The notes under the pieces: generated by a model | Seen by the model: the letters and a program-made list of their open reading frames with translations, nothing else | What the model was told of the DNA's origin: nothing | The model's database searches: none | Translations under genes and position numbers: made by a program | From: Schmidtea polychroa | Lineage: Eukaryota | Assembly (NCBI GenBank): GCA_044892525.1 | Contig: CM097886.1 | Location: 93,062,001 to 93,126,000, forward strand | Length of the DNA stretch: 64,000 nucleotides | Direction of reading: 5' to 3' | Shown here: one piece after another, positions 7,572 to 22,146 of the stretch | Numbering within the stretch: the stretch's first letter is position 1 | How the letters are laid out: every line of letters starts with the position of its first letter

Positions 7572-10500
7572 CAAAACAGATTTTTATGATTTTTAGCAAA
7601 ATTATATTTTAAAAAGTAAATGAATTAGTTTGTTTAAAAAAGAGCAATTTAGATTGATTTAGCTTGAATTTCAATCCTACCTAACGGTGACAGTGAACCT
7701 GTCGAAAAATTCGACTATCAATAACAATTTGTAACTCCAAAGTTTACTATAATTTTTATTTGTTTCTTTAAAAAATATTTATTTAATATTTCGCCTAAAT
7801 TTAAAATACTTTCAATAATTGGTTTTTTAATTAATTAACGCCTCTTGGAGAAAATTTTTAAGTTTTCGTTTTAATAATTTTATTGGAATGCGTAGGAAAT
7901 AAGTTAAATAGTTATTATTCCAGTATCTTTAACATTTTTCGTTATATTTTTGTAATCTTTATTAATTTTTAAAAATATTTATTTTTTGATTTGCACTTTA
8001 TCAATTTAAAAAAAATTAATTAACATAATTTTTACTGAATTCTTTAACATTGAATATTTTCATAATTATTGGGTTTTACCTAAACACTTTTGCTTTATAT
8101 TGTTAGATGACAGGGGTCAATAAATCAACGAGTTCGAGTTAACCAAATATTACAGGAACTTCCCGAACAAAAATTAGAGGAACATCTACACGGAGGTCAC
8201 ACAACTTCTATAATTAGTAATTCGCATTCTCAGAAGTCTTCACTTCGTTGCAGTGCGAAATCAATGGACAATTTATTTTGATATACTCTGATATTGAAAA
8301 TCTATCCATAATTGATTTTACATTGATATTAAATGTGTAATGGACAATTCATTTATTTGTAAATATTTCCTGAACGATTTATTGAGTGACATTGATTGGG
8401 GTGTAATTTATTTATTATTTAGTGTTGTAGAATTTTATTCATTGGTGTCTATTATGTTGTTATTTTAATTTCGTGCTACGTAAAATATTAATTACACAAA
8501 CTTGGGAAAAATGATAAAAACTAATTAAAATATTTGGAAATAAATTAAATTAAAATTTGAAATATTGAGAATCTAAAAAGATCAATTATGCAATCAAATT
8601 TGAAACACTTAAAAATTAATAAGAAATATCTGTATAATTAAATATCACATTTGAATAGGAAAAACGCCTTATAAAGCAATCATGAAAAATAATAGAATTA
8701 TTATAATTAGAAAGCAGCTGTACAATATAAATTGTGATAGCACTAGAAATATAATAAAGTAATCAGGAACAATATAAAAATTATTTTATAAAAAAACAGC
8801 TGTCCTAATTTTTAGATAAATAGCAGCGCAAAATCAGAATTTTTCGCCCAAAAAGCTAACAACTCTTTTAATATCTAAGAAGGTGAATCCTCGTTAGATT
8901 AAAAAATAAGAAGGATACAACAAAAAAGTCTAACTACTGCACGCAACACAGCAAGGATAATATAACATTCACACATACATAATTTGCCTACACAATTCTA
9001 TTGCAGTTACTGGAAATTTTGAATCGAATAGCAAGAAATTGATTTAAGTTTTTGGCAAATCTTTTATTGTAAATATATATTTGAAAACAACCGTCTTTTG
9101 TTTATTTCATACTCAGTAGATATATAGGAACCAGTAAAGTTGAGAAAGCAGATAACGAGTTCTCTACAATACCATTTAAATTTACTTACACTCAATTTGT
9201 GATGCGGCGTACATTGTTTTACTCAATATGTTATTGTTGTGTTGGATGATGAGGGTCTACCTATCACCATATTCATATTAAATAAATATTACAGAATAGG
9301 GCTTAGAAGTTATAGAATTAACGTGTTTTCCAAAGAAAGACAATAAACTATAGTCCAAATATATATCCAAATCAAACACAATCAAACAATATATTCAATT
9401 CAAATGCAATCCATTTTATCCTGTATATAATTGATAAAAATTACTTTAACATTCGGTGATTTGGTTATTTTATGTGACTATATTGAATTTAAACTGTTTC
9501 ATCCAAGGTGACTATTAATTATTTATCAAAATTGATTCATCCTGTGTATATATTTATTTGACTCTATATTATTTCATTAATTGCGTATTTAAACTAAATG
9601 TCTTGGGTATTTTATTTGTTGTATAATTGTTCTGGTATGTTAATAACAATAACATTTAACACAAAGGAAAATTATAAAAATTACTATGAAACTTATTATA
9701 TTAATTAAAAATAATATTAATCTATATTAGAAATTTCTTGAAATAAATATCAAGAAATATTATACTACAAAAAATATAATAATAATATTTAATGTAAATG
9801 AAAGATAATGAGAAAATTGTAATTATTCGACGGGAAATTATATTTGAGTAGGTTGTCAAAATAAATAAATTGCCCAAGCCAATTAAGTCGACAAGGGGAA
9901 GCCCTGAGTGAGAATATCAAAATTAATTTAATGACGAAAGGATGATTATGAGATGGGTATAAAAGGTGCTATTTCGGCCTGTTTTGGGCTTGCGCCTATG
10001 TGTGCGTTTATTGTTAAAAGTTCTTTTTCTTGTATGTGTGCGCACACAGGCGCGAACAGGAGTTTTATTATTTTGGAATTCGAATTTTAGGAATTGTTAT
10101 ATAATTGTTTTTGTGGTTTGAATTTTTGAATCAAAAATGTCAATTGATGTTTATTTAAAACTTAATATTGAAGATGAAAAAGATCGAATGCTGAAAAGAA
10201 AGTACATCACTGAGTTAATGGAACAAGATGAGAGCAAGTTGTATAATTCTAATGGTTCTGAAGAAACAGATAATGTTTTTAGTGGATAAGAATATCAATC
10301 ACTACTTAAAGAATGTGGTTTGTCACTAGCTCTTGATAATGACATCGGTGATGTTGAGGAATTTGATTCTACTCCATTTGTCAAGTACAAAGCTTTGACT
10401 AGTAAATCGACAGACATTATTGATGAGTTCTTTGAAAAATCTATTGATGAAAGATTCGAATAATCATTCTTTTAATTAGTAGTTCAATGTTTCTGATTTT

Positions 10501-11239
10501 AAAGTTGTAGCTGAATCAAATCTTTTCATTTATCAAATCATTGCAAATATCGAAGAGATTTTATTCACTCTTCAAGCAAACAACACGGAAAACAAAACGT
10601 TATCATCTGATGATAAAATGACATCATTTTACAACTCAAACATCCAGTATTATAATTGAACCGGGGACCATCTGCAATGATATGTTGCAATTTTATCAAA
10701 AAGAAAAGGGTCTAATGAATATTTAAGTATTTGACGCTGGTATTAAAAAAAATAGTCAAACTCGAGAGCGTATTTTGTTGGCTTATTCCGTTGGAGTCTT
10801 ACAAGTGATAGTTGATGTAAGGAAAACTATAATTTATTTTAAAAGAACTAGAAAACAATTCTAAATTAATTACCACAAAACATCTGTATCAACCAGTCAG
10901 ATGGAAGAATAATTTATCCACCTGTCTGGCTGTCTAATTTATGTCTTTGTGCCTGTGTGCACGTTTATTGTTAAGATATTTTATTCTTGTATGTGTGCGC
11001 ACATAGGTGCGGAGAGGGTTATTTTTATTCTTTTGGAATTAAAATCTCGGAATTAGTTATTCCTAAGCATCGGTGTGCGCGTGATTGTGGAGTTTTTATG
11101 AAGGCTCACCTAATAATTCAGCTCCACATAATAAAGATAATGTGATTGGTATCAAAACTACTATAAATTCCTCTCGCGTTTGTATATAATTTAGTTAGTT
11201 TTAAATTGCAATTAATATTTCTTACAGTCGAATTCATTA

Positions 11240-11713
11240 ATGTCAGGTGAAAAGAATTTTTAAGATGTTTCTGATTTTAAAGTTGTAGCCGAATCAGATT
11301 TTTTCAGTTATAAAATTATTCCAAATATTGAAGAGATTTTATTCACCCTTCAAATAAACAACACGGAAAACAAAATGTTATCATCTGATGATAACATGAC
11401 ATCATTTTACAACTCAAACATCCAGTTTTATAATTGTATAAAAGAAAAGAGAATCATCACCACAGATATATTATGTGCTATGCAGTTAGAGACTGGTGAC
11501 GAGGAGAAAATTCGATTGGGTCATGTTGTGAAATTATATTTGAATATGGCTCGATGTAATTTGAAATTAAACCGGGGACCATCTGCATTCAAATGTTGCA
11601 ATACGATGCTTGATAAGCAGCCAGTGAATGCAAAATCTATTTATCGAAAATCAAATGGTCTGATGATTATTGGAGAATTTGAAGCTGGTATTAAAAAATT
11701 GTCAAACTCGTGA
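11240..11713 (+). CDS. TPR-domain FKBP-like protein, unit 2
   Basis: Same translation as unit 1 (ORF 11375-11713). Confidence 0.55.
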
Positions 11714-12696
11714 ACATGCTTAGTTGGCTAATACAGTTGGAGTCAAGCATATGATAGTTGACATAAATAAATCCATGATTCTTACTTTAATTAGATTTGA
11801 TTTGTTCAACATCGATAAAATGTATTCCAACTTTATTGAAGCCAGTCGTTAAAAATTTAGAATTAATAAAAAATTATTGTAGTTTTTTATAATAAATTTA
11901 AAAAATCTATCAATTGACATGATTTAGCACAAAATTCATCATCATTATTTAAAAGTAGAAACACATAATATATTTAAATTTATTTATCAACTTATTGTTT
12001 TTTTTAAAATGAAGTTTGTTTAAATATTCAATTCTCTGTCGATGTTGAACTTAAATTTGTTGTCAGATCCTTTGAATTAAAAAATTCTAATCCTGTAAAA
12101 AATGAGCGAAATTTAGAGTTAGAATTTAAATTTAGATGGTCTCAATGAAAGATTAGATGAATCATCTGAAGATTAACCAGCCGTACAAGACTCAGAAAAT
12201 TTTTTTTCCAACACCTAAAAAATTTAGCCTTCAAAATTCGAGAATCAAAAATCGAAATAAACGAAATGTAAATTTACAATTAAGGATAATAACGAAATCA
12301 AACTGGAGGATGCATATGAAGATAAAGGTGCGAAACTAGTGCGACCTGATAAATAGAAAACCGAATACGACTGTTTTAGAGTCATTATAGAAATGCCAGA
12401 TGAGTAAAAAAGACGTATTAAACGTTTTATCGAATAAGAGATATCCATTTGGCGTGAAGGAAGATGATTGTTATTGTTATTCACCGGAATTAATTGTAAT
12501 GAACATATTGCTATGTGAATGTTCAATGGCAGAATCAACAGCTTGGCTATCGCTTAAATCAGAACTTACGTATATAACCATGTAATTAATTAGTTCATTA
12601 TAATTTATTATATAATTAATCAAATAAATTGGATTATTTTTTAATCATTTATAATTAAATTAATTAGTCAATAAAAATAATTCCAGTGATAAAATA

Positions 12697-13023
12697 ATGA
12701 GAATTTCTGACAGTCAAAATAGCGAGAAATCCATTGATGCTATTTCTATGCTGTATCACATTTTATATCCGATTTTGAGAATGAGGAAAAATATGAAAAT
12801 AGTGGAACTACTGGAACCGGATATCAAGGACGATTTTGATCGATCTAAGAATATTACAAAATCTTTGAAAAACAATATCAAAAAGGAAAGGAAATCGAAT
12901 CAAAGGATAATGAAGTTGAATGTCAAGGAGGCATTTGTGATAGAAGTGGAAGAAGATAGGAAATTTTCGAAATTCAGAAATGAGAAAACAAAGGAAATAT
13001 TGAATTCTATCAGGCAGAAATAA
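12697..13023 (+). pseudogene. NOP14: NOP14-like C-terminal fragment, unit 2
   Basis: Copy of 4800-5126. Confidence 0.55.
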
Positions 13024-13719
13024 ATATTTGTTTTTTCCTTCTTGGCAATTTATTATTTGTGTTGAGAATTTTTATTTAAACATATAAACTACTAATATTT
13101 TAATAAGTAGCCAAGTCAGGTGTTTTTTATTTGGCTTTTATTTTGGGGGCAGCAAGTGTATTTTGTGTTTCAATAAATTGCTAACGTAGAATTATATTAT
13201 CCTGCCACTTTCAGAATGCATGGATAACGCGAGCTTGGTAAATTGTTTTGTTGTTTTAATATTTAGGATCGAAAATGGGATGTAATTGCCCGATTTAGAT
13301 CAAATTCCCAGTTAGCCGATGGGAATTAGAAACGGATCAAGTAGAGGTTAGCAAAATGAAATAAACGAGCTTTGAGAATAACTTCTAAATCAACTTAGGG
13401 TTCCAGACGTGGAGGTTTCATATTAGGCCTTAATGTTAATTAAATGGATTTCGGAAATAAAAGTGCAAATATTGTGATGATTTGTAAATTGAATTGAGTA
13501 TCAGGATTGATGATGAAATGTGCATGAACGGGGAGGTGCTTTGTTTGTGATGAGCTGCAGATTTGTGATTTGGACGCCTTATATTCGATAAGCATCAATA
13601 GTGGTGCTTGTTTATATGCCGTTGGACTAAGATTTTCTAAGAACTAAAAGATTACATATTAAGCCTTTATGTTAATTAAATGGATTTCTGAAATAAATAA
13701 AGCTAAACTATTTTGAAAA

Positions 13720-14249
13720 ATGTCCGGTGATGTCGTAGCTCAGTTCAAACTGGTATTAATTGGTGAGGGGAAACAGGCAAAACTGCTTTTTTAAAAAATA
13801 CGTTACAGGAGAGTTTGGTAAGAAATATGGCGCAACATTGGGAGTGGAATTTCATTCTTTGGAGTTCAATAGAACTCGTGGTAAAATTCGTTTCAATGCC
13901 TGGGATACGGCCGGCTAAGAAAAGTTCTTAGAGATTTCTACTATATTCAATGTTAATGTGCTATAATAATGTTTGATGTAACTAGTCGTATTACATATAA
14001 AAATGATCAAACTGGCACCGAGATTTAGTTAGGGTATGTGAAAACATCCCTATTATCTTTGTAGGGAATAAGGTGGATATTAAAGATAGACTAAAACAAT
14101 TACCTTTCTGAGTAATAAGAATTTACAATATTAAGAATCACATGCTAAGTCTAATTATAAATTGGAAAAACAATTTTTGTGGATTGGTTGGGGATTCAAA
14201 TCTCGAATTTTCTGAAATGCTTACAATAGCTCCTCTTCATAATTCATAA
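13720..14249 (+). pseudogene. RAN: Ran pseudogene, unit 2
   Basis: Copy of 5823-6352. Confidence 0.95.
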
Positions 14250-17200
14250 TTAGTCTGGTTTTCTCTTTACCTTGGCATTCAATGTTAACGACTCAGATCT
14301 TTTCATTACTACCCGGATGAAAAGACCCACATTTTCGCCTACTTCTCAGTTTTCTTTTCACCATTTTTGTCTGGAACGTCGGTACGAGTTCTTTCTTCCA
14401 TCTTTCTCAAATACGGTTCACAATTTCTAAAATTATTTTCCATCTTCGGTCATCTATACCTTCATTAGGTGTGATATCTTCTGTTCGCTCTAGTCCAGGC
14501 CAATTTTATAGAATAAAGTCATTTGGAGTTCGTCCAGTGTCATTTCAAAGTCGCTGCACTGGCAAAGGACGAGAATTCACCCTTCAACTTTTAATAACAC
14601 CGTATTCAGGTACTCATCCGTAATATCAGCCCCTCCAATATTTATTTTCATAGACGAGCTCTGACTATAAACTCTAAATCAACTTAGCGTTCAAGAAAGG
14701 GCGATTACATATTAGGCCTTTAAGTTAATTAAATAGATTTCTGAAATAAAAGTGCAAATATTGTGATGATTTGTCAATTAAATTGAGCATCTGGATTGAT
14801 GATGAAATGTGCATAGATGAATAGAAAATACCTCGATTGAGTTATAACAGAAAGCAAGATAGACCTAGTACAGCTTTTGAGATTCAGGAGTTAATGTAAT
14901 GGCAGCAATAGTAGATAACTTAGTAAATATGAAAATTATTAAAATGTTAAGATAGGAAATTGGAGACAATTGTCTACTACTAACACTACATTATAACCCA
15001 CCCAATGTGCGAATCCACTACAACCAATACTGAAATATAATACTAGGACTAACGACACCTTCTACTATTACTTAAAAAATTATTATAACTAGTTTTCGTA
15101 TGTTTTTAGAATAAACGGTTTAACTTGTAACGCGCTATTCAAATAGATAATTTTCTTTAGACACCTTTTTTGTTATAAATATCAGTTTGTTCGAAATGTT
15201 TTTGTGTTTTCCTTATGTACTTTGCGTCGCATGTTGCGCACATGATTCGATATACAATTTTTTGAGAAGGAAAAACATTTGGTAGATTAGTAGCATTGAC
15301 AATCTCGATGAAATAGATCTGATGTTAGAGATTTCCGAAGTTGTGATTTCAAAGGTGAATTTTCTGGATCACAGACAAATACATACAATTGACAAAACTC
15401 AATTATATAATGGTAAATTAATTAAAAATATTATTGAAATGTTGTTGGATTTTAAAAATTTGAATTGACAAAACAGATTTTTATGATTTTTAGCAAAATT
15501 ATATTTTAAAAAGTAAATGAATTAGTTTGTTTAAAAAAGAGCAATTTAGATTGATTTAGCTTGAATTTCAATCCTACCTAACGGTGACAGTGAACCTGTC
15601 GAAAAATTCGACTATCAATAACAATTTGTAACTCCAAAGTTTACTATAATTTTTATTTGTTTCTTTAAAAAATATTTATTTAATATTTCGCCTAAATTTA
15701 AAATACTTTCAATAATTGGTTTTTTAATTAATTAACGCCTCTTGGAGAAAATTTTTAAGTTTTCGTTTTAATAATTTTATTGGAATGCGTAGGAAATAAG
15801 TTAAATAGTTATTATTCCAGTATCTTTAACATTTTTCGTTATATTTTTGTAATCTTTATTAATTTTTAAAAATATTTATTTTTTGATTTGCACTTTATCA
15901 ATTTAAAAAAAATTAATTAACATAATTTTTACTGAATTCTTTAACATTGAATATTTTCATAATTATTGGGTTTTACCTAAACACTTTTGCTTTATATTGT
16001 TAGATGACAGGGGTCAATAAATCAACGAGTTCGAGTTAACCAAATATTACAGGAACTTCCCGAACAAAAATTAGAGGAACATCTACACGGAGGTCACACA
16101 ACTTCTATAATTAGTAATTCGCATTCTCAGAAGTCTTCACTTCGTTGCAGTGCGAAATCAATGGACAATTTATTTTGATATACTCTGATATTGAAAATCT
16201 ATCCATAATTGATTTTACATTGATATTAAATGTGTAATGGACAATTCATTTATTTGTAAATATTTCCTGAACGATTTATTGAGTGACATTGATTGGGGTG
16301 TAATTTATTTATTATTTAGTGTTGTAGAATTTTATTCATTGGTGTCTATTATGTTGTTATTTTAATTTCGTGCTACGTAAAATATTAATTACACAAACTT
16401 GGGAAAAATGATAAAAACTAATTAAAATATTTGGAAATAAATTAAATTAAAATTTGAAATATTGAGAATCTAAAAAGATCAATTATGCAATCAAATTTGA
16501 AACACTTAAAAATTAATAAGAAATATCTGTATAATTAAATATCACATTTGAATAGGAAAAACGCCTTATAAAGCAATCATGAAAAATAATAGAATTATTA
16601 TAATTAGAAAGCAGCTGTACAATATAAATTGTGATAGCACTAGAAATATAATAAAGTAATCAGGAACAATATAAAAATTATTTTATAAAAAAACAGCTGT
16701 CCTAATTTTTAGATAAATAGCAGCGCAAAATCAGAATTTTTCGCCCAAAAAGCTAACAACTCTTTTAATATCTAAGAAGGTGAATCCTCGTTAGATTAAA
16801 AAATAAGAAGGATACAACAAAAAAGTCTAACTACTGCACGCAACACAGCAAGGATAATATAACATTCACACATACATAATTTGCCTACACAATTCTATTG
16901 CAGTTACTGGAAATTTTGAATCGAATAGCAAGAAATTGATTTAAGTTTTTGGCAAATCTTTTATTGTAAATATATATTTGAAAACAACCGTCTTTTGCTT
17001 ATTTCATACTCAGTAGATATATAGGAACCAGTAAAGTTGAGAAAGCAGATAACGAGTTCTCTACAATACCATTTAAATTTACTTACACTCAATTTGTGAT
17101 GCGGCGTACATTGTTTTACTCAATATGTTATTGTTGTGTTGGATGATGAGGGTCTACCTATCACCATATTCATATTAAATAAATATTACAGAATAGGGCT

Positions 17201-19136
17201 TAGAAGTTATAGAATTAACGTGTTTTCCAAAGAAAGACAATAAACTATAGTCCAAATATATATCCAAATCAAACACAATCAAACAATATATTCAATTCAA
17301 ATGCAATCCATTTTATCCTGTATATAATTGATAAAAATTACTTTAACATTCGGTGATTTGGTTATTTTATGTGACTATATTGAATTTAAACTGTTTCATC
17401 CAAGGTGACTATTAATTATTTATCAAAATTGATTCATCCTGTGTATATATTTATTTGACTCTATATTATTTCATTAATTGCGTATTTAAACTAAATGTCT
17501 TGGGTATTTTATTTGTTGTATAATTGTTCTGGTATGTTAATAACAATAACATTTAACACAAAGGAAAATTATAAAAATTACTATGAAACTTATTATATTA
17601 ATTAAAAATAATATTAATCTATATTAGAAATTTCTTGAAATAAATATCAAGAAATATTATACTACAAAAAATATAATAATAATATTTAATGTAAATGAAA
17701 GATAATGAGAAAATTGTAATTATTCGACGGGAAATTATATTTGAGTAGGTTGTCAAAATAAATAAATTGCCCAAGCCAATTAAGTCGACAAGGGGAAGCC
17801 CTGAGTGAGAATATCAAAATTAATTTAATGACGAAAGGATGATTATGAGATGGGTATAAAAGGTGCTATTTCGGCCTGTTTTGGGCTTGCGCCTATGTGT
17901 GCGTTTATTGTTAAAAGTTCTTTTTCTTGTATGTGTGCGCACACAGGCGCGAACAGGAGTTTTATTATTTTGGAATTCGAATTTTAGGAATTGTTATATA
18001 ATTGTTTTTGTGGTTTGAATTTTTGAATCAAAAATGTCAATTGATGTTTATTTAAAACTTAATATTGAAGATGAAAAAGATCGAATGCTGAAAAGAAAGT
18101 ACATCACTGAGTTAATGGAACAAGATGAGAGCAAGTTGTATAATTCTAATGGTTCTGAAGAAACAGATAATGTTTTTAGTGGATAAGAATATCAATCACT
18201 ACTTAAAGAATGTGGTTTGTCACTAGCTCTTGATAATGACATCGGTGATGTTGAGGAATTTGATTCTACTCCATTTGTCAAGTACAAAGCTTTGACTAGT
18301 AAATCGACAGACATTATTGATGAGTTCTTTGAAAAATCTATTGATGAAAGATTCGAATAATCATTCTTTTAATTAGTAGTTCAATGTTTCTGATTTTAAA
18401 GTTGTAGCTGAATCAAATCTTTTCATTTATCAAATCATTGCAAATATCGAAGAGATTTTATTCACTCTTCAAGCAAACAACACGGAAAACAAAACGTTAT
18501 CATCTGATGATAAAATGACATCATTTTACAACTCAAACATCCAGTATTATAATTGAACCGGGGACCATCTGCAATGATATGTTGCAATTTTATCAAAAAG
18601 AAAAGGGTCTAATGAATATTTAAGTATTTGACGCTGGTATTTAAAAAAATAGTCAAACTCGAGAGCGTATTTTGTTGGCTTATTCCGTTGGAGTCTTACA
18701 AGTGATAGTTGATGTAAGGAAAACTATAATTTATTTTAAAAGAACTAGAAAACAATTCTAAATTAATTACCACAAAACATCTGTATCAACCAGTCAGATG
18801 GAAGAATAATTTATCCACCTGTCTGGCTGTCTAATTTATGTCTTTGTGCCTGTGTGCACGTTTATTGTTAAGATATTTTATTCTTGTATGTGTGCGCACA
18901 TAGGTGCGGAGAGGGTTATTTTTATTCTTTTGGAATTAAAATTTCGGAATTAGTTATGCCTAAGCATCGGTGTGCGCGTGATTGTGGAGTTTTTATGAAG
19001 GCTCACCTAATAATTCAGCTCCACATAATAAAGATAATGTGATTGGTATCAAAACTACTATAAATTCCTCTCGCGTTTGTATATAATTTAGTTAGTTTTA
19101 AATTGCAATTAATATTTCTTACAGTCGAATTCATTA

Positions 19137-19610
19137 ATGTCAGGTGAAAAGAATTTTTAAGATGTTTCTGATTTTAAAGTTGTAGCCGAATCAGATTTTT
19201 TCAGTTATAAAATTATTCCAAATATTGAAGAGATTTTATTCACCCTTCAAATAAACAACACGGAAAACAAAATGTTATCATCTGATGATAACATGACATC
19301 ATTTTACAACTCAAACATCCAGTTTTATAATTGTATAAAAGAAAAGAGAATCATCACCACAGATATATTATGTGCTATGCAGTTAGAGACTGGTGACGAG
19401 GAGAAAATTCGATTGGGTCATGTTGTGAAATTATATTTGAATATGGCTCGATGTAATTTGAAATTAAACCGGGGACCATCTGCATTCAAATGTTGCAATA
19501 CGATGCTTGATAAGCAGCCAGTGAATGCAAAATCTATTTATCGAAAATCAAATGGTCTGATGATTATTGGAGAATTTGAAGCTGGTATTAAAAAATTGTC
19601 AAACTCGTGA
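19137..19610 (+). CDS. TPR-domain FKBP-like protein, unit 3
   Basis: Same translation as unit 1 (ORF 19272-19610). Confidence 0.55.
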
Positions 19611-20593
19611 ACATGCTTAGTTGGCTAATACAGTTGGAGTCAAGCATATGATAGTTGACATAAATAAATCCATGATTCTTACTTTAATTAGATTTGATTT
19701 GTTCAACATCGATAAAATGTATTCCAACTTTATTGAAGCCAGTCGTTAAAAATTTAGAATTAATAAAAAATTATTGTAGTTTTTTATAATAAATTTAAAA
19801 AATCTATCAATTGACATGATTTAGCACAAAATTCATCATCATTATTTAAAAGTAGAAACACATAATATATTTAAATTTATTTATCAACTTATTGTTTTTT
19901 TTAAAATGAAGTTTGTTTAAATATTCAATTCTCTGTCGATGTTGAACTTAAATTTGTTGTCAGATCCTTTGAATTAAAAAATTCTAATCCTGTAAAAAAT
20001 GAGCGAAATTTAGAGTTAGAATTTAAATTTAGATGGTCTCAATGAAAGATTAGATGAATCATCTGAAGATTAACCAGCCGTACAAGACTCAGAAAATTTT
20101 TTTTCCAACACCTAAAAAATTTAGCCTTCAAAATTCGAGAATCAAAAATCGAAATAAACGAAATGTAAATTTACAATTAAGGATAATAACGAAATCAAAC
20201 TGGAGGATGCATATGAAGATAAAGGTGCGAAACTAGTGCGACCTGATAAATAGAAAACCGAATACGACTGTTTTAGAGTCATTATAGAAATGCCAGATGA
20301 GTAAAAAAGACGTATTAAACGTTTTATCGAATAAGAGATATCCATTTGGCGTGAAGGAAGATGATTGTTATTGTTATTCACCGGAATTAATTGTAATGAA
20401 CATATTGCTATGTGAATGTTCAATGGCAGAATCAACAGCTTGGCTATCGCTTAAATCAGAACTTACGTATATAACCATGTAATTAATTAGTTCATTATAA
20501 TTTATTATATAATTAATCAAATAAATTGGATTATTTTTTAATCATTTATAATTAAATTAATTAGTCAATAAAAATAATTCCAGTGATAAAATA

Positions 20594-20920
20594 ATGAGAA
20601 TTTCTGACAGTCAAAATAGCGAGAAATCCATTGATGCTATTTCTATGCTGTATCACATTTTATATCCGATTTTGAGAATGAGGAAAAATATGAAAATAGT
20701 GGAACTACTGGAACCGGATATCAAGGACGATTTTGATCGATCTAAGAATATTACAAAATCTTTGAAAAACAATATCAAAAAGGAAAGGAAATCGAATCAA
20801 AGGATAATGAAGTTGAATGTCAAGGAGGCATTTGTGATAGAAGTGGAAGAAGATAGGAAATTTTCGAAATTCAGAAATGAGAAAACAAAGGAAATATTGA
20901 ATTCTATCAGGCAGAAATAA
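20594..20920 (+). pseudogene. NOP14: NOP14-like C-terminal fragment, unit 3
   Basis: Copy of 4800-5126. Confidence 0.55.
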
Positions 20921-21616
20921 ATATTTGTTTTTTCCTTCTTGGCAATTTATTATTTGTGTTGAGAATTTTTATTTAAACATATAAACTACTAATATTTTAA
21001 TAAGTAGCCAAGTCAGGTGTTTTTTATTTGGCTTTTATTTTGGGGGCAGCAAGTGTATTTTGTGTTTCAATAAATTGCTAACGTAGAATTATATTATCCT
21101 GCCACTTTCAGAATGCATGGATAACGCGAGCTTGGTAAATTGTTTTGTTGTTTTAATATTTAGGATCGAAAATGGGATGTAATTGCCCGATTTAGATCAA
21201 ATTCCCAGTTAGCCGATGGGAATTAGAAACGGATCAAGTAGAGGTTAGCAAAATGAAATAAACGAGCTTTGAGAATAACTTCTAAATCAACTTAGGGTTC
21301 CAGACGTGGAGGTTTCATATTAGGCCTTAATGTTAATTAAATGGATTTCGGAAATAAAAGTGCAAATATTGTGATGATTTGTAAATTGAATTGAGTATCA
21401 GGATTGATGATGAAATGTGCATGAACGGGGAGGTGCTTTGTTTGTGATGAGCTGCAGATTTGTGATTTGGACGCCTTATATTCGATAAGCATCAATAGTG
21501 GTGCTTGTTTATATGCCGTTGGACTAAGATTTTCTAAGAACTAAAAGATTACATATTAAGCCTTTATGTTAATTAAATGGATTTCTGAAATAAATAAAGC
21601 TAAACTATTTTGAAAA

Positions 21617-22146
21617 ATGTCCGGTGATGTCGTAGCTCAGTTCAAACTGGTATTAATTGGTGAGGGGAAACAGGCAAAACTGCTTTTTTAAAAAATACGT
21701 TACAGGAGAGTTTGGTAAGAAATATGGCGCAACATTGGGAGTGGAATTTCATTCTTTGGAGTTCAATAGAACTCGTGGTAAAATTCGTTTCAATGCCTGG
21801 GATACGGCCGGCTAAGAAAAGTTCTTAGAGATTTCTACTATATTCAATGTTAATGTGCTATAATAATGTTTGATGTAACTAGTCGTATTACATATAAAAA
21901 TGATCAAACTGGCACCGAGATTTAGTTAGGGTATGTGAAAACATCCCTATTATCTTTGTAGGGAATAAGGTGGATATTAAAGATAGACTAAAACAATTAC
22001 CTTTCTGAGTAATAAGAATTTACAATATTAAGAATCACATGCTAAGTCTAATTATAAATTGGAAAAACAATTTTTGTGGATTGGTTGGGGATTCAAATCT
22101 CGAATTTTCTGAAATGCTTACAATAGCTCCTCTTCATAATTCATAA
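21617..22146 (+). pseudogene. RAN: Ran pseudogene, unit 3
   Basis: Copy of 5823-6352. Confidence 0.95.

Larger units (their letters stand above)
1..7897 (+). repeat. Repeat unit 1 (phase set by the window edge)
   Basis: Private variants T185, A958, G1258. Confidence 0.97.
7898..15794 (+). repeat. Repeat unit 2
   Basis: Period 7,897; private variant A10745. Confidence 0.97.

Noticed and set aside
1-7897. rDNA, 5S, tRNA, spliceosomal snRNA, SL RNA or histone cluster as the explanation for the array
   Set aside because: I saw no conserved rRNA, U-snRNA, tRNA or histone signatures. Sm-like U-tracts near 2170-2232 are not conserved in the paralogous module.
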